NCBI GenBank assembly: GCA_963719505.1 | Contig: CAVRCF010000003.1 | Location: 288,001-352,000 of the forward strand | DNA: 64,000 bases | Source of the DNA: Halobacteriovoraceae bacterium | Lineage (GTDB): Bacteria > Bdellovibrionota > Bacteriovoracia > Bacteriovoracales > Bacteriovoracaceae | Direction of reading: 5' to 3' | In this document: positions 8,747 through 19,103 of the stretch, one piece after another | How positions within the stretch are numbered: the first letter of the stretch is position 1 | Layout of the letters: each line of letters starts with the position of its first letter | Program-made: the position numbers and the translations under genes | Notes under the pieces: model-generated | Told to the model about the DNA's origin: nothing | What the model saw: only the letters and a program-made list of their open reading frames with translations | Databases searched by the model: none

Positions 8747-9022
8747 ATGGATAATACATTTGCAGTCGAAATTACCAACCAAGCGATGAAGGTTACAATG
8801 ATGCTCGCAGCTCCAATGTTATTGGGAGCTTTAGTTGTCGGTATCCTTGTTTCACTTTTTCAAGCGGTAACACAAATTAACGAGCAAACTCTTTCTTTTA
8901 TTCCAAAGATTCTCGTGATTGTTGTCTCCTTGATTATGTTAAGTCCATGGATGATGGAGACGATCACTTCGTTTACCCATGATCTTTATGTTAGTATTCC
9001 TTCCGTTGTGATGGAGAGGTAA
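8747..9022 (+). CDS. fliQ: Flagellar export protein FliQ
   Basis: FQAVTQINEQTLSFIPK motif. Confidence 0.96.
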   Translation: MDNTFAVEITNQAMKVTMMLAAPMLLGALVVGILVSLFQAVTQINEQTLSFIPKILVIVVSLIMLSPWMMETITSFTHDLYVSIPSVVMER

Positions 9023-9029
9023 CGATAAA

Positions 9030-9809
9030 ATGATCGATGTCTCAGTCATTGACTACACAGTTTTGATTGCATTTTGGATATCGTTCTCTAGATGGCTTGC
9101 TATTATCTTTCAACTCCCTATCTTCGACAACGCTGCGGTACCAGGGATTGTTAAAGTTCTTTCAAGCTTAATTATCTCTTACGCGTTTTTTCCTGTCGTT
9201 CAGGCAACACTTGTAAATGAGGTTAATATGATAGGGGCCAATAACTTTTGGTACCTTACAATTTTTCACACAGTTGTTGGACTTGCTATTGGATTTTTAG
9301 TTAAAAGTATCATGAATCTTTTTATTGCAAGTGGATCCGTTATGACTCAACAAATAGGCTTTGCCTCGGTAAGTTATTTTGATCCCACTTTTGTTTCGAG
9401 AACAGGTCCATTTGAGAGAATTATTCAGTGGACTATTATCGTGATGATCTTAAGCTCCGGAGCATTACTTCCCATGTTTAAAGGAGTTTTAAATTCTTTT
9501 TTTAGTATTACTATGTTGAATCTAGGGAATTTTTCTAAAATTCATATTTTTTATAATGACTTTTTTAAGGGCATTTTTGAGGCTGCATTTTTATTAGCAA
9601 CTCCCATCCTCTTTACAAACCTTCTTTTAAATCTCGTTATGGGGATTGTTGCAAGAACTATCCCTCAGATGAATATTTTAATGGTGAGTTTTGTGGTTAA
9701 CATCGGAATTGGACTTCTGGTTTTTTTCGCAATCTCAGAAGAATTTTTTCCAGTAGCATACAAAATGTATGTCGACCGGCTGGGCGAGTGGTTCCAGTTT
9801 GTCATATAA
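9030..9809 (+). CDS. fliR: Flagellar export protein FliR
   Basis: Multi-TM protein with ARTIPQMNI motif, between fliQ and flhB. Confidence 0.92.
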   Translation: MIDVSVIDYTVLIAFWISFSRWLAIIFQLPIFDNAAVPGIVKVLSSLIISYAFFPVVQATLVNEVNMIGANNFWYLTIFHTVVGLAIGFLVKSIMNLFIASGSVMTQQIGFASVSYFDPTFVSRTGPFERIIQWTIIVMILSSGALLPMFKGVLNSFFSITMLNLGNFSKIHIFYNDFFKGIFEAAFLLATPILFTNLLLNLVMGIVARTIPQMNILMVSFVVNIGIGLLVFFAISEEFFPVAYKMYVDRLGEWFQFVI

Positions 9810-9826
9810 CAGTTAGGAGATAGTCA

Positions 9827-10900
9827 GTGGCTGACGACTCAGGTGAAAAAACAGAAGACCCCTCCCAGCAACGCATAGACGATGCTAGGAAAAAAGGTGA
9901 TGTTGCTTCCAGTAAGGAGCTCAACAGTGTGCTTATTCTCACTGGAACATTTGCTGTTCTTATTTTTTCATCTCTGTATATTTTTGAGCTTTTATCAGAG
10001 TACATTGAATGGCTTTATGGCTTAGAGATAACGAAAGCTTACGGCCAGGAAATGGGGAAGCAGATTTTGACAAAAACATTTGTTGTTGGAGGAAAAGCAA
10101 TTCTTCCTGTCTTTGCAACATCGCTGGTTCTTGGCATCTTGGCCCAAATGGGACAAATCGGAATCCTTTATTCTCCGGAAGTCTTAACTCTCAAATTTGA
10201 TAGACTCAATCCAATCACAGGCTTTAAAAAAATATTTTCTAAAAAAGCTATCGTGGAAGTTATTAAAGGTCTTTTAAAGTTTGGGATCGTTCTGGGGATT
10301 ACTTATTTTGTCATTTCTCAAAACATGCAAACTTTTATCGGTTTTCTTCACGCAGAAGCTGGGGAATCTTTAAGTTTTGGTAAGGTTTTTGCTTTGAAGT
10401 TGGCGATGAGTATTATGATGGGACTGGCCATCGTTGCAGCTGCTGATTTTGCATGGGAGAAGCATGCGTATAAAGAAAAACTTAAAATGACAAAGCAACA
10501 GGTTAAAGAAGAGCATAAAGAGAAAGACGGTATCTCCTGAGGTTAAGTCAAAAATTAGATAGATTCAAAGAGAAATGTCTCAAAAGCGAATGATCGCTGA
10601 TGTTCCAAAAGCTGATGTCATTATTACAAATCCTACCCATATTAGTATCGTTATAAGGTATGATGGAGAGACGATGGTAGCTCCTCAAGTCATCGGTAAA
10701 GGTCAAGATCACCTTGCAATGAAAATCAGAGAAATTGCAAAAGAGCACAATATACCAATTGTAGAAAATGTGCCCCTTGCAAGAGCTCTTTATAAAACAG
10801 TTAAAGTTGGAGAAGGTGTTCCAAGATCTCTTTATAAAGCAGTTGCGGAAATTTTAGCATTTGTTATACAGAATCAAAAAGAACAAAAAAGCCACTAAGC
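9827..10900 (+). CDS. flhB: Flagellar export protein FlhB (apparent frameshift near 10533, possibly another near 10868)
   Basis: EKTEDPS..R..DARKKG N-terminus; LKMTKQQVKEEHKEKDG continues in another frame into ADVIITNPTH (autocleavage motif); end approximate. Confidence 0.9.
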
Positions 10901-10914
10901 TAGAGGATAAGTTG

Positions 10915-13001
10915 ATGTTAGAAAAGATTAAATTATTTTCAAAACATGCAGAGCTAGTGAATTGCTCGTTGGATTAATATTACTCTTGGAGTTATGATTG
11001 TTCCAGTAGTCCCCATTCTTTATGGATTTATTTATCACTCTTACTCTTGCAGCTTCTTTTAGTGATCTTACTTCATTAGTCCGTTTATATCAAGAAACCA
11101 CTAGATTTCTCAACTTTTCCATCAGTGCTTCTTAGTTGTGACCTTATTTAGACTTTCTCTAAACGTGGCTTCAACTAGAAATATTCTTATTCGAGGTGGA
11201 TCCGGAGGATCCAGGTGCTGCCGGAGATATTATTCAGGCGTTTGGTGAATACGTTGTTGGTGGAAACTTCGCTGTCGGTATTATTATCTTTATCATTTTT
11301 GTTATTATTAACTTTATCGTTATCACTAAAGGTGCTGGTCGAGTGGCTGAGGTTGCTGCAAGATTTACTTTAGATGCAATGCCAGGAAAGCAGATGGCCA
11401 TTGATGCTGATTTAAATGCGGGACTTATCAATGAAGCACAAGCAAAAAGAGTCGAAGATGAAGTTGCTCAAGAAGCAGACTTTTACGGGTCTATGGATGG
11501 TGCGAGTAAGTTCGTAAGAGGGGATGCTATCGCTGGTATTCTTATTACAGCAATCAATATTATCGGTGGAATCATCATCGGTATTGCCCAAAATGGAATG
11601 GATTTTGCAGATGCAACGGAAGTCTTTACTCTATTAACTGTCGGTGATGGATTTATCGCTCAGATCCCAGCTACTTATTGTCTCACTGCTGCTGGTATTA
11701 TTGCAACGAGAAATACAAGTGAGACAGGTTTAAGTGATCAGTTGGTGAGCAATTTACTTTCAATCCAAAAGCGATCTATGTTTACTGCTGGAGTTTTTTT
11801 CATGTTTGCTTTGATTCCGGATTTCCTTTTCTTCCATTTTTCATGATTGCTCTTAGTGATTAGCTTTTATAGCGTTTAGAGTTGAAAAACAAAAGAAGCT
11901 GAAACTGCTTAATGCAATGAACATCTAGCAGAAATTGAGAGAAGAAAGAAAACAGGTGACAATCTTGAGGATCTTCTTAATCTTGAAATGGTTGAGCTAG
12001 AAGTTGGTTATGGTCTCGTTAACATTGTCGATAGCAGATCAAAACGGTGATCTTCTTGAGAGAATCTCTCATATTAGAAAACAATTTGTAGTCGATTGGG
12101 GAATTATTATTCCTTCAATTCGAATAAAAGATAATTTAGAATTAAAGCCAGGTGGATATCAATTAAAAATCAAAGGTATTGAAGTTGCGGAAGCTGAACT
12201 TATGAGTGATCACTTTCTAGCGATGGATCCAGGAACTGTTATTGAAGAAATTGATGGAGTTAAAACTGTTGAGCCAGTATTTGGACTTGATGCAGTTTGG
12301 ATTAACGAAGAGCTCAAAGATGATGCTCAGTACAATGGTTATACTGTAGTTGATTTATCAACTGTTATCGCCACTCATATGACAGAGATTCTCAAGTCAA
12401 ATCTTCATGAGTTATTTGGAAGGCAAGAACTAGTTTCATGTCCTTGATAAATTTAGAGCAAGATTACCCAAAAATTGTTGATGATTTAGTACCTGACATC
12501 TTCCTCTGGGATCGTTTTGAAAGTCTTGCAAAATCTTCTTAAGAGAAGGTGTTTCTATCAGAGATTTAAGAACAATTCTTGAATCTCTTGCCGAGCATGG
12601 TACAATAATTAAGGATACTGACAGCTTGACGGAAGTGGCAAGAGAAGCGTCTATACCGAACGATCACCGAAAGAGTAAAAAGTGAACAAGGAGATGTTCC
12701 ACTTGTTTACGCTTGATCGAGGAATTGAAGAATCACTTGCTCAAAATATGATTCAAACTGAGAGATGGACAGCAACTGTCACTTGATCCGAAACTCACTC
12801 AAACAATTTTAGCAAGCTTAAATGAACAGAATTGAAGAGGCAACAAATATGGGAGAAAAAATGATCGTTCTATGTTCTCCTGTTGTTCGTAGGCACTTTA
12901 AAAAACTAACTGAAAAATTTATTCCGAATTTGATCGTTGTGAGTCATAATGAATTAAGTCCTGAAGTTAATATTAGATCTCTTGGAACCGTGAGGGTATA
13001 G
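10915..13001 (+). CDS. flhA: Flagellar export protein FlhA (many apparent indels)
   Basis: Fragments contain RVAEVAARFTLDAMPGKQMAIDADL, FYGSMDGASKFVRGDA, TVEPVFGL, SIRDLRTILE and SHNELSPEVNIRSLG. Confidence 0.9.
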
Positions 13002-13004
13002 AAA

Positions 13005-14473
13005 ATGTTTGTAAAAAAATTTGAAGGTGAGACTCTTGATGACGCTCTAAAATTAGTAAAAAGAGAGCTAGGACCAGATGCAATCATCCTAAAAACTGTC
13101 ACGAACAAAGGTCTTGCAGGAGCATTTAAGAAAAGTAAAATCGAAATCACAGCTGCAATCTCGGAAGAAAGTTATTCTAAGAAAGCTAAAGTAGATCATG
13201 TTCTTACTGATGAGCAACAGAGATCATTTTACCAAGGCTCTGCCAAGGATGTAAATATTCAATCAATCAGTTTAATTCCAATAAGCCTTCGGTCAAAAGG
13301 GAAGATCAGCTGCTGGTTATGGTAACATGGGACTAAATAAAGTTGTTAATTCAGTTTCTAAAGCCTCTAAAAAAATTTAAAGATTCTCTAGATGATTTTC
13401 TAACAGATCCGATGAGGAATCTCAATCACGAGTGAATTTAGAAGAATTTATTCGAAAAAATCTCAAGTTGAAAATGGTTCTCGATCCAACTTAATTAACG
13501 AGGCTTATTCAAATATTGAATCTCATCAGGCGTCTCAAGCCATCAAGCACCACAGAGAACGGAAGCTTACTTAGAGATGAATCAAGAGATTAAACAGTCA
13601 ACAAATCAAATTGATATTCTTAGAGAAAAAACTATATGGAGCTTTCTCAATACAATGTTGAAGCTCAAGAGAGAATTCAGATGAACCAGAGGGTTTAAAA
13701 GATCTAAGAACAACACTTAAATCACTTGGATCTTCACGATACAATTATTTGTAAGTTATTAAAAAAGCTTCTTTTGAATTAAGCAACGAAGATCTTGAGG
13801 AAGAAGACTTTGTTTATGACTTTGCTCTTAGAGAGATGAACTCAATGATCTCAACGTTGGAATGCCACTTTTTTCTAAAAGTGAAATGAGTGATAAAACT
13901 GTTGTGACGGCTCTTGTTTCTGAGGCGAGTTCTGGCCAGCTTCGTATGGCCATTAAACTTTCTACTCTTTAAGAAAATGTCCGAGTCATTAAGTTTAGAA
14001 CTAAACCGGGATTGATAGAACAAATAATGATTTTCAGCCCAAAAGGTTTTTAACCTTAGATGTGGTGACAGTTGTAGCACTCTCTCACCTTATGAGTGAA
14101 GCTAGAAAGGCTATCTGCTGAGGGGAAATAGTATCTTTCTTGACATCAAAACAAGTGTTACAGAATCGATGAGACTAAGAAGATTCTTGAGATCTTTGAA
14201 GAGGTCATTGATAATGTAGAAATTTGTCAATACAGTAAGTGCAATTAATTCTGAAGTCTATAACAGAAAAATTGTCTCTAAGTTTAATCGATTTTCAAAT
14301 GGTGTTATAATATCCTATGTCGACCAATGTCTTAATTTTGGATCTTTAGTTAATCTCAATGTTGAATTCAGTGAATTAGCCTTTAAATGTTTTTTGGAAC
14401 AGGAGCAACTGTTCCAGATGATATTGAAGCAGCGACAAGTGAGCGGATTTTATCTGGTATGTTTGAACTATAG
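13005..14473 (+). CDS. flhF: FlhF-like SRP-GTPase family protein (many apparent indels; G-motifs degenerate)
   Basis: N-terminal KKFEGETLDDALKLVKRELGPDAIIL; C-terminal GTGATVPDDIEAA; lies between flhA and flhG. Confidence 0.82.
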
Positions 14474-14496
14474 GATTGAAGTTAAACGGGAATAGC

Positions 14497-15471
14497 ATGC
14501 CCAAGACATTTAATTTACCGCTTAACAGGATGTTTAGCGTCTATGAGGACAGGAAGTTTATGAAGAAAACAAGTGATTGGTTGATGTCTTTCAACCCACA
14601 ATGTTGAGACTGAGATCAAAACAGTCTTAGATCAACGCAAGCAAAATGTATCCCCGAAAAAAATGCACTAGTATCTGTATCACCGGCGGCAAAGGTGGAG
14701 TAGGAAAAACTTCAATTTCACTTAAAATGGCAAAAGAAATTTCACAACAGGTCAACAGAGTTTTACTTATTGACTGTGATTACAATCTCTCAAATACGGC
14801 AATTAAACTAGGTAGACCCCTTTCTAACTACTTTTTTGAGCTCGTGAGTGCAGAAAAATCGTTTGAAGAATGCCTCTACAGTGAAGGAAACTTTCAATCT
14901 TCTTTCTGCATGTAATGGAAGTGTAGAGCTTTTTAATTCTGAATTTAAAATTAGAAGAAGTTATTTTCGATATTATGCAATGAACATGAAAATGATTATG
15001 ATTTTATTCTTCTTGATTGTCCTGCTGGACTCACAAAGAGAGTCACTTACTTTTATGTGCTTATGTGATATGAGAGTTGTTGTCGTTACTCCAGATAAAT
15101 CTAGCTATCACGGATTCTTATTCTTTAGTTAAAGTTTTAAGTCAAAAACATGGAATAAAAGAAAATCATCTTTTAGTTAATAAATATAGATAATCAAAGC
15201 TCAATTCTCAAGAGTTGTTAAAACAATGAGTGAGACAGTTGAAAATTTTCTAGGATGTAGAACTCAAATCCTTGGTGGAATTAAGCGTCTAGACGTTGAT
15301 CAGCAAGGTTTGACGAGTACTTTCTGAGAGCGGCAAAAATGACCTCCACAGAATTTTCTTAAAGTGGTTGAAAAGCTTACCGAAGAGTTAAGCACGATCA
15401 ACATTTGCGTCTGGAATTCATTTTTCGCACCGCAAGAGGCGAACATGAAGTTCGATCACCTCAACGCTTAA
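14497..15471 (+). CDS. flhG: FlhG/FleN MinD-like ATPase (apparent indels; ends approximate)
   Basis: ITGGKGGVGKTS deviant Walker A, VLLIDCDYNLSN, LDCPAG and VVVTPD fragments. Confidence 0.85.
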
Positions 15472-15483
15472 GGAGAAAGCTCA

Positions 15484-16274
15484 ATGTCATCACTAACGAC
15501 TAAATTAAAAAACTTAAAAGACTATAGATGTACAATGGATCCTAAAGTTAAGGATGAAATTATTGTTGAATATGCTCCGTTAGTGAGATTTATTGCTCAA
15601 AAAATTGCTTCAAGACTTCCTTCAAATATTGAGCTTGATGATCTTATTTCTTGTGGTGTTATTGGACTTATGGATGCGATCTCAAAATTTGATCCAACTC
15701 GTGATAATAAATTTAAAACATATGCTGAATTTAGAATTAGAGGTTCTATCCTTGATGAACTTAAGATTCTCAAGACTGGGTTCCTAGATCAGTAAGAGAA
15801 AAGACTAAGCAACTTAGAAAGAGCTTACGCAAAATTGAGAGAGACTTTGGTACGTCCAGCAACTGATGATGAGATGTGTCTGAACTTGAGTGTTCTCTTG
15901 AAGAATTTCATGAAATGCTTAAATAAGTCGAAATCAGTTTCCTTCTTAAATATTGATGATTCAACTACTTTTAGTCGAGGCGATAAAAAACTAATGATGG
16001 GACTTCTTAGAGCATAGACGTTCATCTAATCCTTTTGCAGCCGTGAACTATAAAAGAGCACAAGGTGTTATTAGAGGATGGAATTAAGACTCTCCCTGAG
16101 AAGCAAAGACTAGTACTTTCGCTTTATTACTTTGAGGACCTTAACTTGAAAGAAATTGGTCAAGTACTAGACGTGACAGAGTCGAGAGTTTCACAATTAC
16201 ACACTCAGGCTATTATTAAGCTAAAAGCAAAGCTTAAGAATGATTTTGAGTCTTATGAAGATTTAGCCGTTTAA
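15484..16274 (+). CDS. fliA: RNA polymerase sigma28 factor FliA (apparent indels)
   Basis: YAPLVRFIA...[11 protein letters not shown]...[17 protein letters not shown]; region 4 [21 protein letters not shown]. Confidence 0.92.
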
Positions 16275-16416
16275 AAAATACTATATCCCGGCTGATTCAT
16301 TCAGTCGGGCATTCAAAAAATTTCCACTAAATTTCAAGAATTTCTTTAAAGATCACTTCAAATATTAGATAATTTAGCGACTTACGCTGGATGTGTAACA
16401 ATAATTGAGGATTAGG

Positions 16417-18819
16417 ATGATTGAGAAACTTGTACGCAAATTAAACCAATTTTATCACTTTGCATTTATTCTTATAATGGTGGGAATTCTCTCCACGATT
16501 TTTTATTTTTGGAAGTCAGGATTTATCGATGGAAGTCGCAATAAGGAACTCCATAAAGCCAACTATATTCTTGAAAGTATCACGACCGAAAAACCTCTCA
16601 AAGATGTAAGACTCTCTGTCTATAATGAAAATCCAAAGCAGGCGATAGAGAAGCTGACTGAACTTGAAAAGAAGATTGAAAAGTTAAATGTTCTGGCCGA
16701 CGACGATAAGTTCTCTGAAATTAAAAAAGAATCTGGAGAAGTAAAAACAGCGATCGCAAATTTAATCTCTTTTTCTAAAACATCTAAAATTATTAGCGTC
16801 TTTAACAGTAAGCTTGAAAAATTTAACGACTATGTAAAAGATAAAGAGTGGAGAACTCTAACGAGGACAAGTAGCCGTGTTTTAGGATTAACCCAGGGAC
16901 ATATTAATAAGAAGAAGCTTGGAAAGCTTGTTGGAACGATTGATAAAGACTTCTCTTATATGCTTAAGATTACAGATAACTCTGTGTTATCACAGCCGGA
17001 AAAAGCGGAAATAAACTCAAGAATTAGTAATCTTCAAATTGAAACAAGTATGCTTGAAAAGTATACGCGTGAGAGAAATGTCTTCTATGCAAAGATTAAT
17101 GATTTTAATAAAAATTTAAACAGTTGGATCGAGAGAGTTTCTCCGGAGTTGTCTTATCAGCGTTTGCAAGTAGAGCAAATGGGTCGTTACTACATGATGG
17201 GACTTTTTGGGATTTTAATCCTCGTCTCAGGTCTGTTCTTTTCTAGCTTTATTTTTCAAAGATGGCACCGACGAAATGCCAATGGTGAACTTGAAGCTTT
17301 TTTAGAAAAATTTGTCTCAAATAGAATTGTAGCGAACTCAAAAGAGAACTACGGTGATTTTAGTAATCAATTTAAAAATTTTACAGATGATATTTCTGAC
17401 TATGTCGAAAAAAGAATGAGCTACGGTTCAATTTTTCAAAAAGCCTTGCCTCTTTCTTCCATCATGCTTGATAAAAACTTAAAAGTAGCGTGGGCCAATA
17501 AACAATTTTGTGAAGACTGGGCTCTGTCAGAAGACGAGATAAAAAAAGACTATTTGTCGTGGGATTATCTCTCTAAGCTTACAAATCTCGGAGATAACGA
17601 TCCCGTCTTAGAAGCCTTAAGAAATAAAGTTGCAGGCATCTACCAAGTTCAAATAAGAGTTTCGGAAGATGCAGAAGTTTCTCCTTTTGAGATGTTTGTT
17701 AATCCCGTCGAGTATAAAAATGAGACGAGAGTCATGCTATTTTTCTACCCTCTCTATCATTTGCAAGAGACTATTAAAGAGCAGGCCAAGACGATAAATA
17801 ATCCAATTGAAAAAACTCTAAGGCTTATTGCTAGTAACGAGTTCAGGTCTTATCCAAAAGATGAACTTCAAACTGAATATAAGATTGCTGGAATATCACC
17901 TCTTTTAGACAAATTTGAAAATATTGTTAGTATTTTTGAAAGTGAACAGTCGAGACTTTTTGACCAAATTGAAATGCTCTATCACAAAATCGAAGTCTTA
18001 GAGAATAAAACCAATGTTATAGAGTTTGAAAATCAAAAGATCTCAGAAAATAATAAAGGACAAATCAACGACCTAAAATCTTTTAAAGAGAATATTATTC
18101 AAGCCTCTGTGACGGGTAAGATGAGCGAAGAGCTGGCAAAATCTGAAATAGAATCAATCGAGAGAATGATCTCATCATTTGAATCCAATTACTCGAAAGC
18201 TAAAACTCTTAAAGGAATGATCGCAAGTCTTAGTAGCGCTATGCCTAAGTTTGCCATCGTCAAAGATGAAGTGAAGGCGCACAAAAATCTGCTAAGTGAT
18301 ACAAAAATGAGACTCTCTCACTCACTGTCTCAGATGGTTCACCTTAAAAAGAAAATCACCGACGCCGAAGTCCTTGAAAGATTTAATAATAGTTATGAGC
18401 GAGTTGGAGTTGAATTTAAAAATCTAGATGCAACATCGATTGAGCTCGATAAGAAGATTTCTAGCTTAGAGGTTATGTTATCTAAAGGACAGATTGTTCT
18501 TAATGATGTTCATTCGAAGCTCCAGCATTTTGACCTTACACCTGAAGGGCATGCTTTAGTAAATGGTAAGGATGAACTAGAAAGATATAAGAGGGAATTT
18601 GCAAAAGTTTCAGGAGTTATCGACAACGTAGAGGCTCCCCTTATTAAAAATCTAAAATCAATGTATTTACATACGAAAGCAAACCTAGAGGCCAATAGAA
18701 ATATTGCAGAGCAGCTTGTTGAAGAACACGGTGAGATTGGTGTGGACGAAGTTTATTCGGACCATGTGGTGGATATAAACGATCAAAGTTTTACTCACGA
18801 GCCTCAAAACTCACTGTAG
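16417..18819 (+). CDS. Two-TM membrane protein with periplasmic helical domain, PAS-like segment and long coiled coil (divergent chemoreceptor-like)
   Basis: TM segments near the N-terminus and near residue 270; SIFQKALPLSSIMLDKNLKVAWANKQF is PAS-like; C-terminal heptads. Confidence 0.55.
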   Translation: MIEKLVRKLNQFYHFAFILIMVGILSTIFYFWKSGFIDGSRNKELHKANYILESITTEKPLKDVRLSVYNENPKQAIEKLTELEKKIEKLNVLADDDKFSEIKKESGEVKTAIANLISFSKTSKIISVFNSKLEKFNDYVKDKEWRTLTRTSSRVLGLTQGHINKKKLGKLVGTIDKDFSYMLKITDNSVLSQPEKAEINSRISNLQIETSMLEKYTRERNVFYAKINDFNKNLNSWIERVSPELSYQRLQVEQMGRYYMMGLFGILILVSGLFFSSFIFQRWHRRNANGELEAFLEKFVSNRIVANSKENYGDFSNQFKNFTDDISDYVEKRMSYGSIFQKALPLSSIMLDKNLKVAWANKQFCEDWALSEDEIKKDYLSWDYLSKLTNLGDNDPVLEALRNKVAGIYQVQIRVSEDAEVSPFEMFVNPVEYKNETRVMLFFYPLYHLQETIKEQAKTINNPIEKTLRLIASNEFRSYPKDELQTEYKIAGISPLLDKFENIVSIFESEQSRLFDQIEMLYHKIEVLENKTNVIEFENQKISENNKGQINDLKSFKENIIQASVTGKMSEELAKSEIESIERMISSFESNYSKAKTLKGMIASLSSAMPKFAIVKDEVKAHKNLLSDTKMRLSHSLSQMVHLKKKITDAEVLERFNNSYERVGVEFKNLDATSIELDKKISSLEVMLSKGQIVLNDVHSKLQHFDLTPEGHALVNGKDELERYKREFAKVSGVIDNVEAPLIKNLKSMYLHTKANLEANRNIAEQLVEEHGEIGVDEVYSDHVVDINDQSFTHEPQNSL

Positions 18820-18866
18820 AGCACAAAAGTATTGTGCTATAGGCAAGTGTTTGTTATATCAAACTC

Positions 18867-19103
18867 ATGACTTTATTAAATGCACTTAAAAATCAAACTT
18901 ACCTTATCAGCGCTATTTTAGAATGTGATGACGCGATTAAAAGTCGCTTCTTTCAACTGGGATTTATTCCTGGGAATAAGATTCTTCTTAAAAGAAAGGC
19001 GCCACTTTTTGGAGATCCACTTTTAGTAGAAATTGATGATTCTCAAATTGCTTTAACAAAAAGTGAAGCCAACTTAATTCAAATTGAAAACCTCGAGGCA
19101 TAA
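18867..19103 (+). CDS. feoA: Ferrous iron transport protein A
   Basis: RFFQLGFIPG...RKAPLFGDP...IAL; directly upstream of feoB. Confidence 0.9.
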   Translation: MTLLNALKNQTYLISAILECDDAIKSRFFQLGFIPGNKILLKRKAPLFGDPLLVEIDDSQIALTKSEANLIQIENLEA

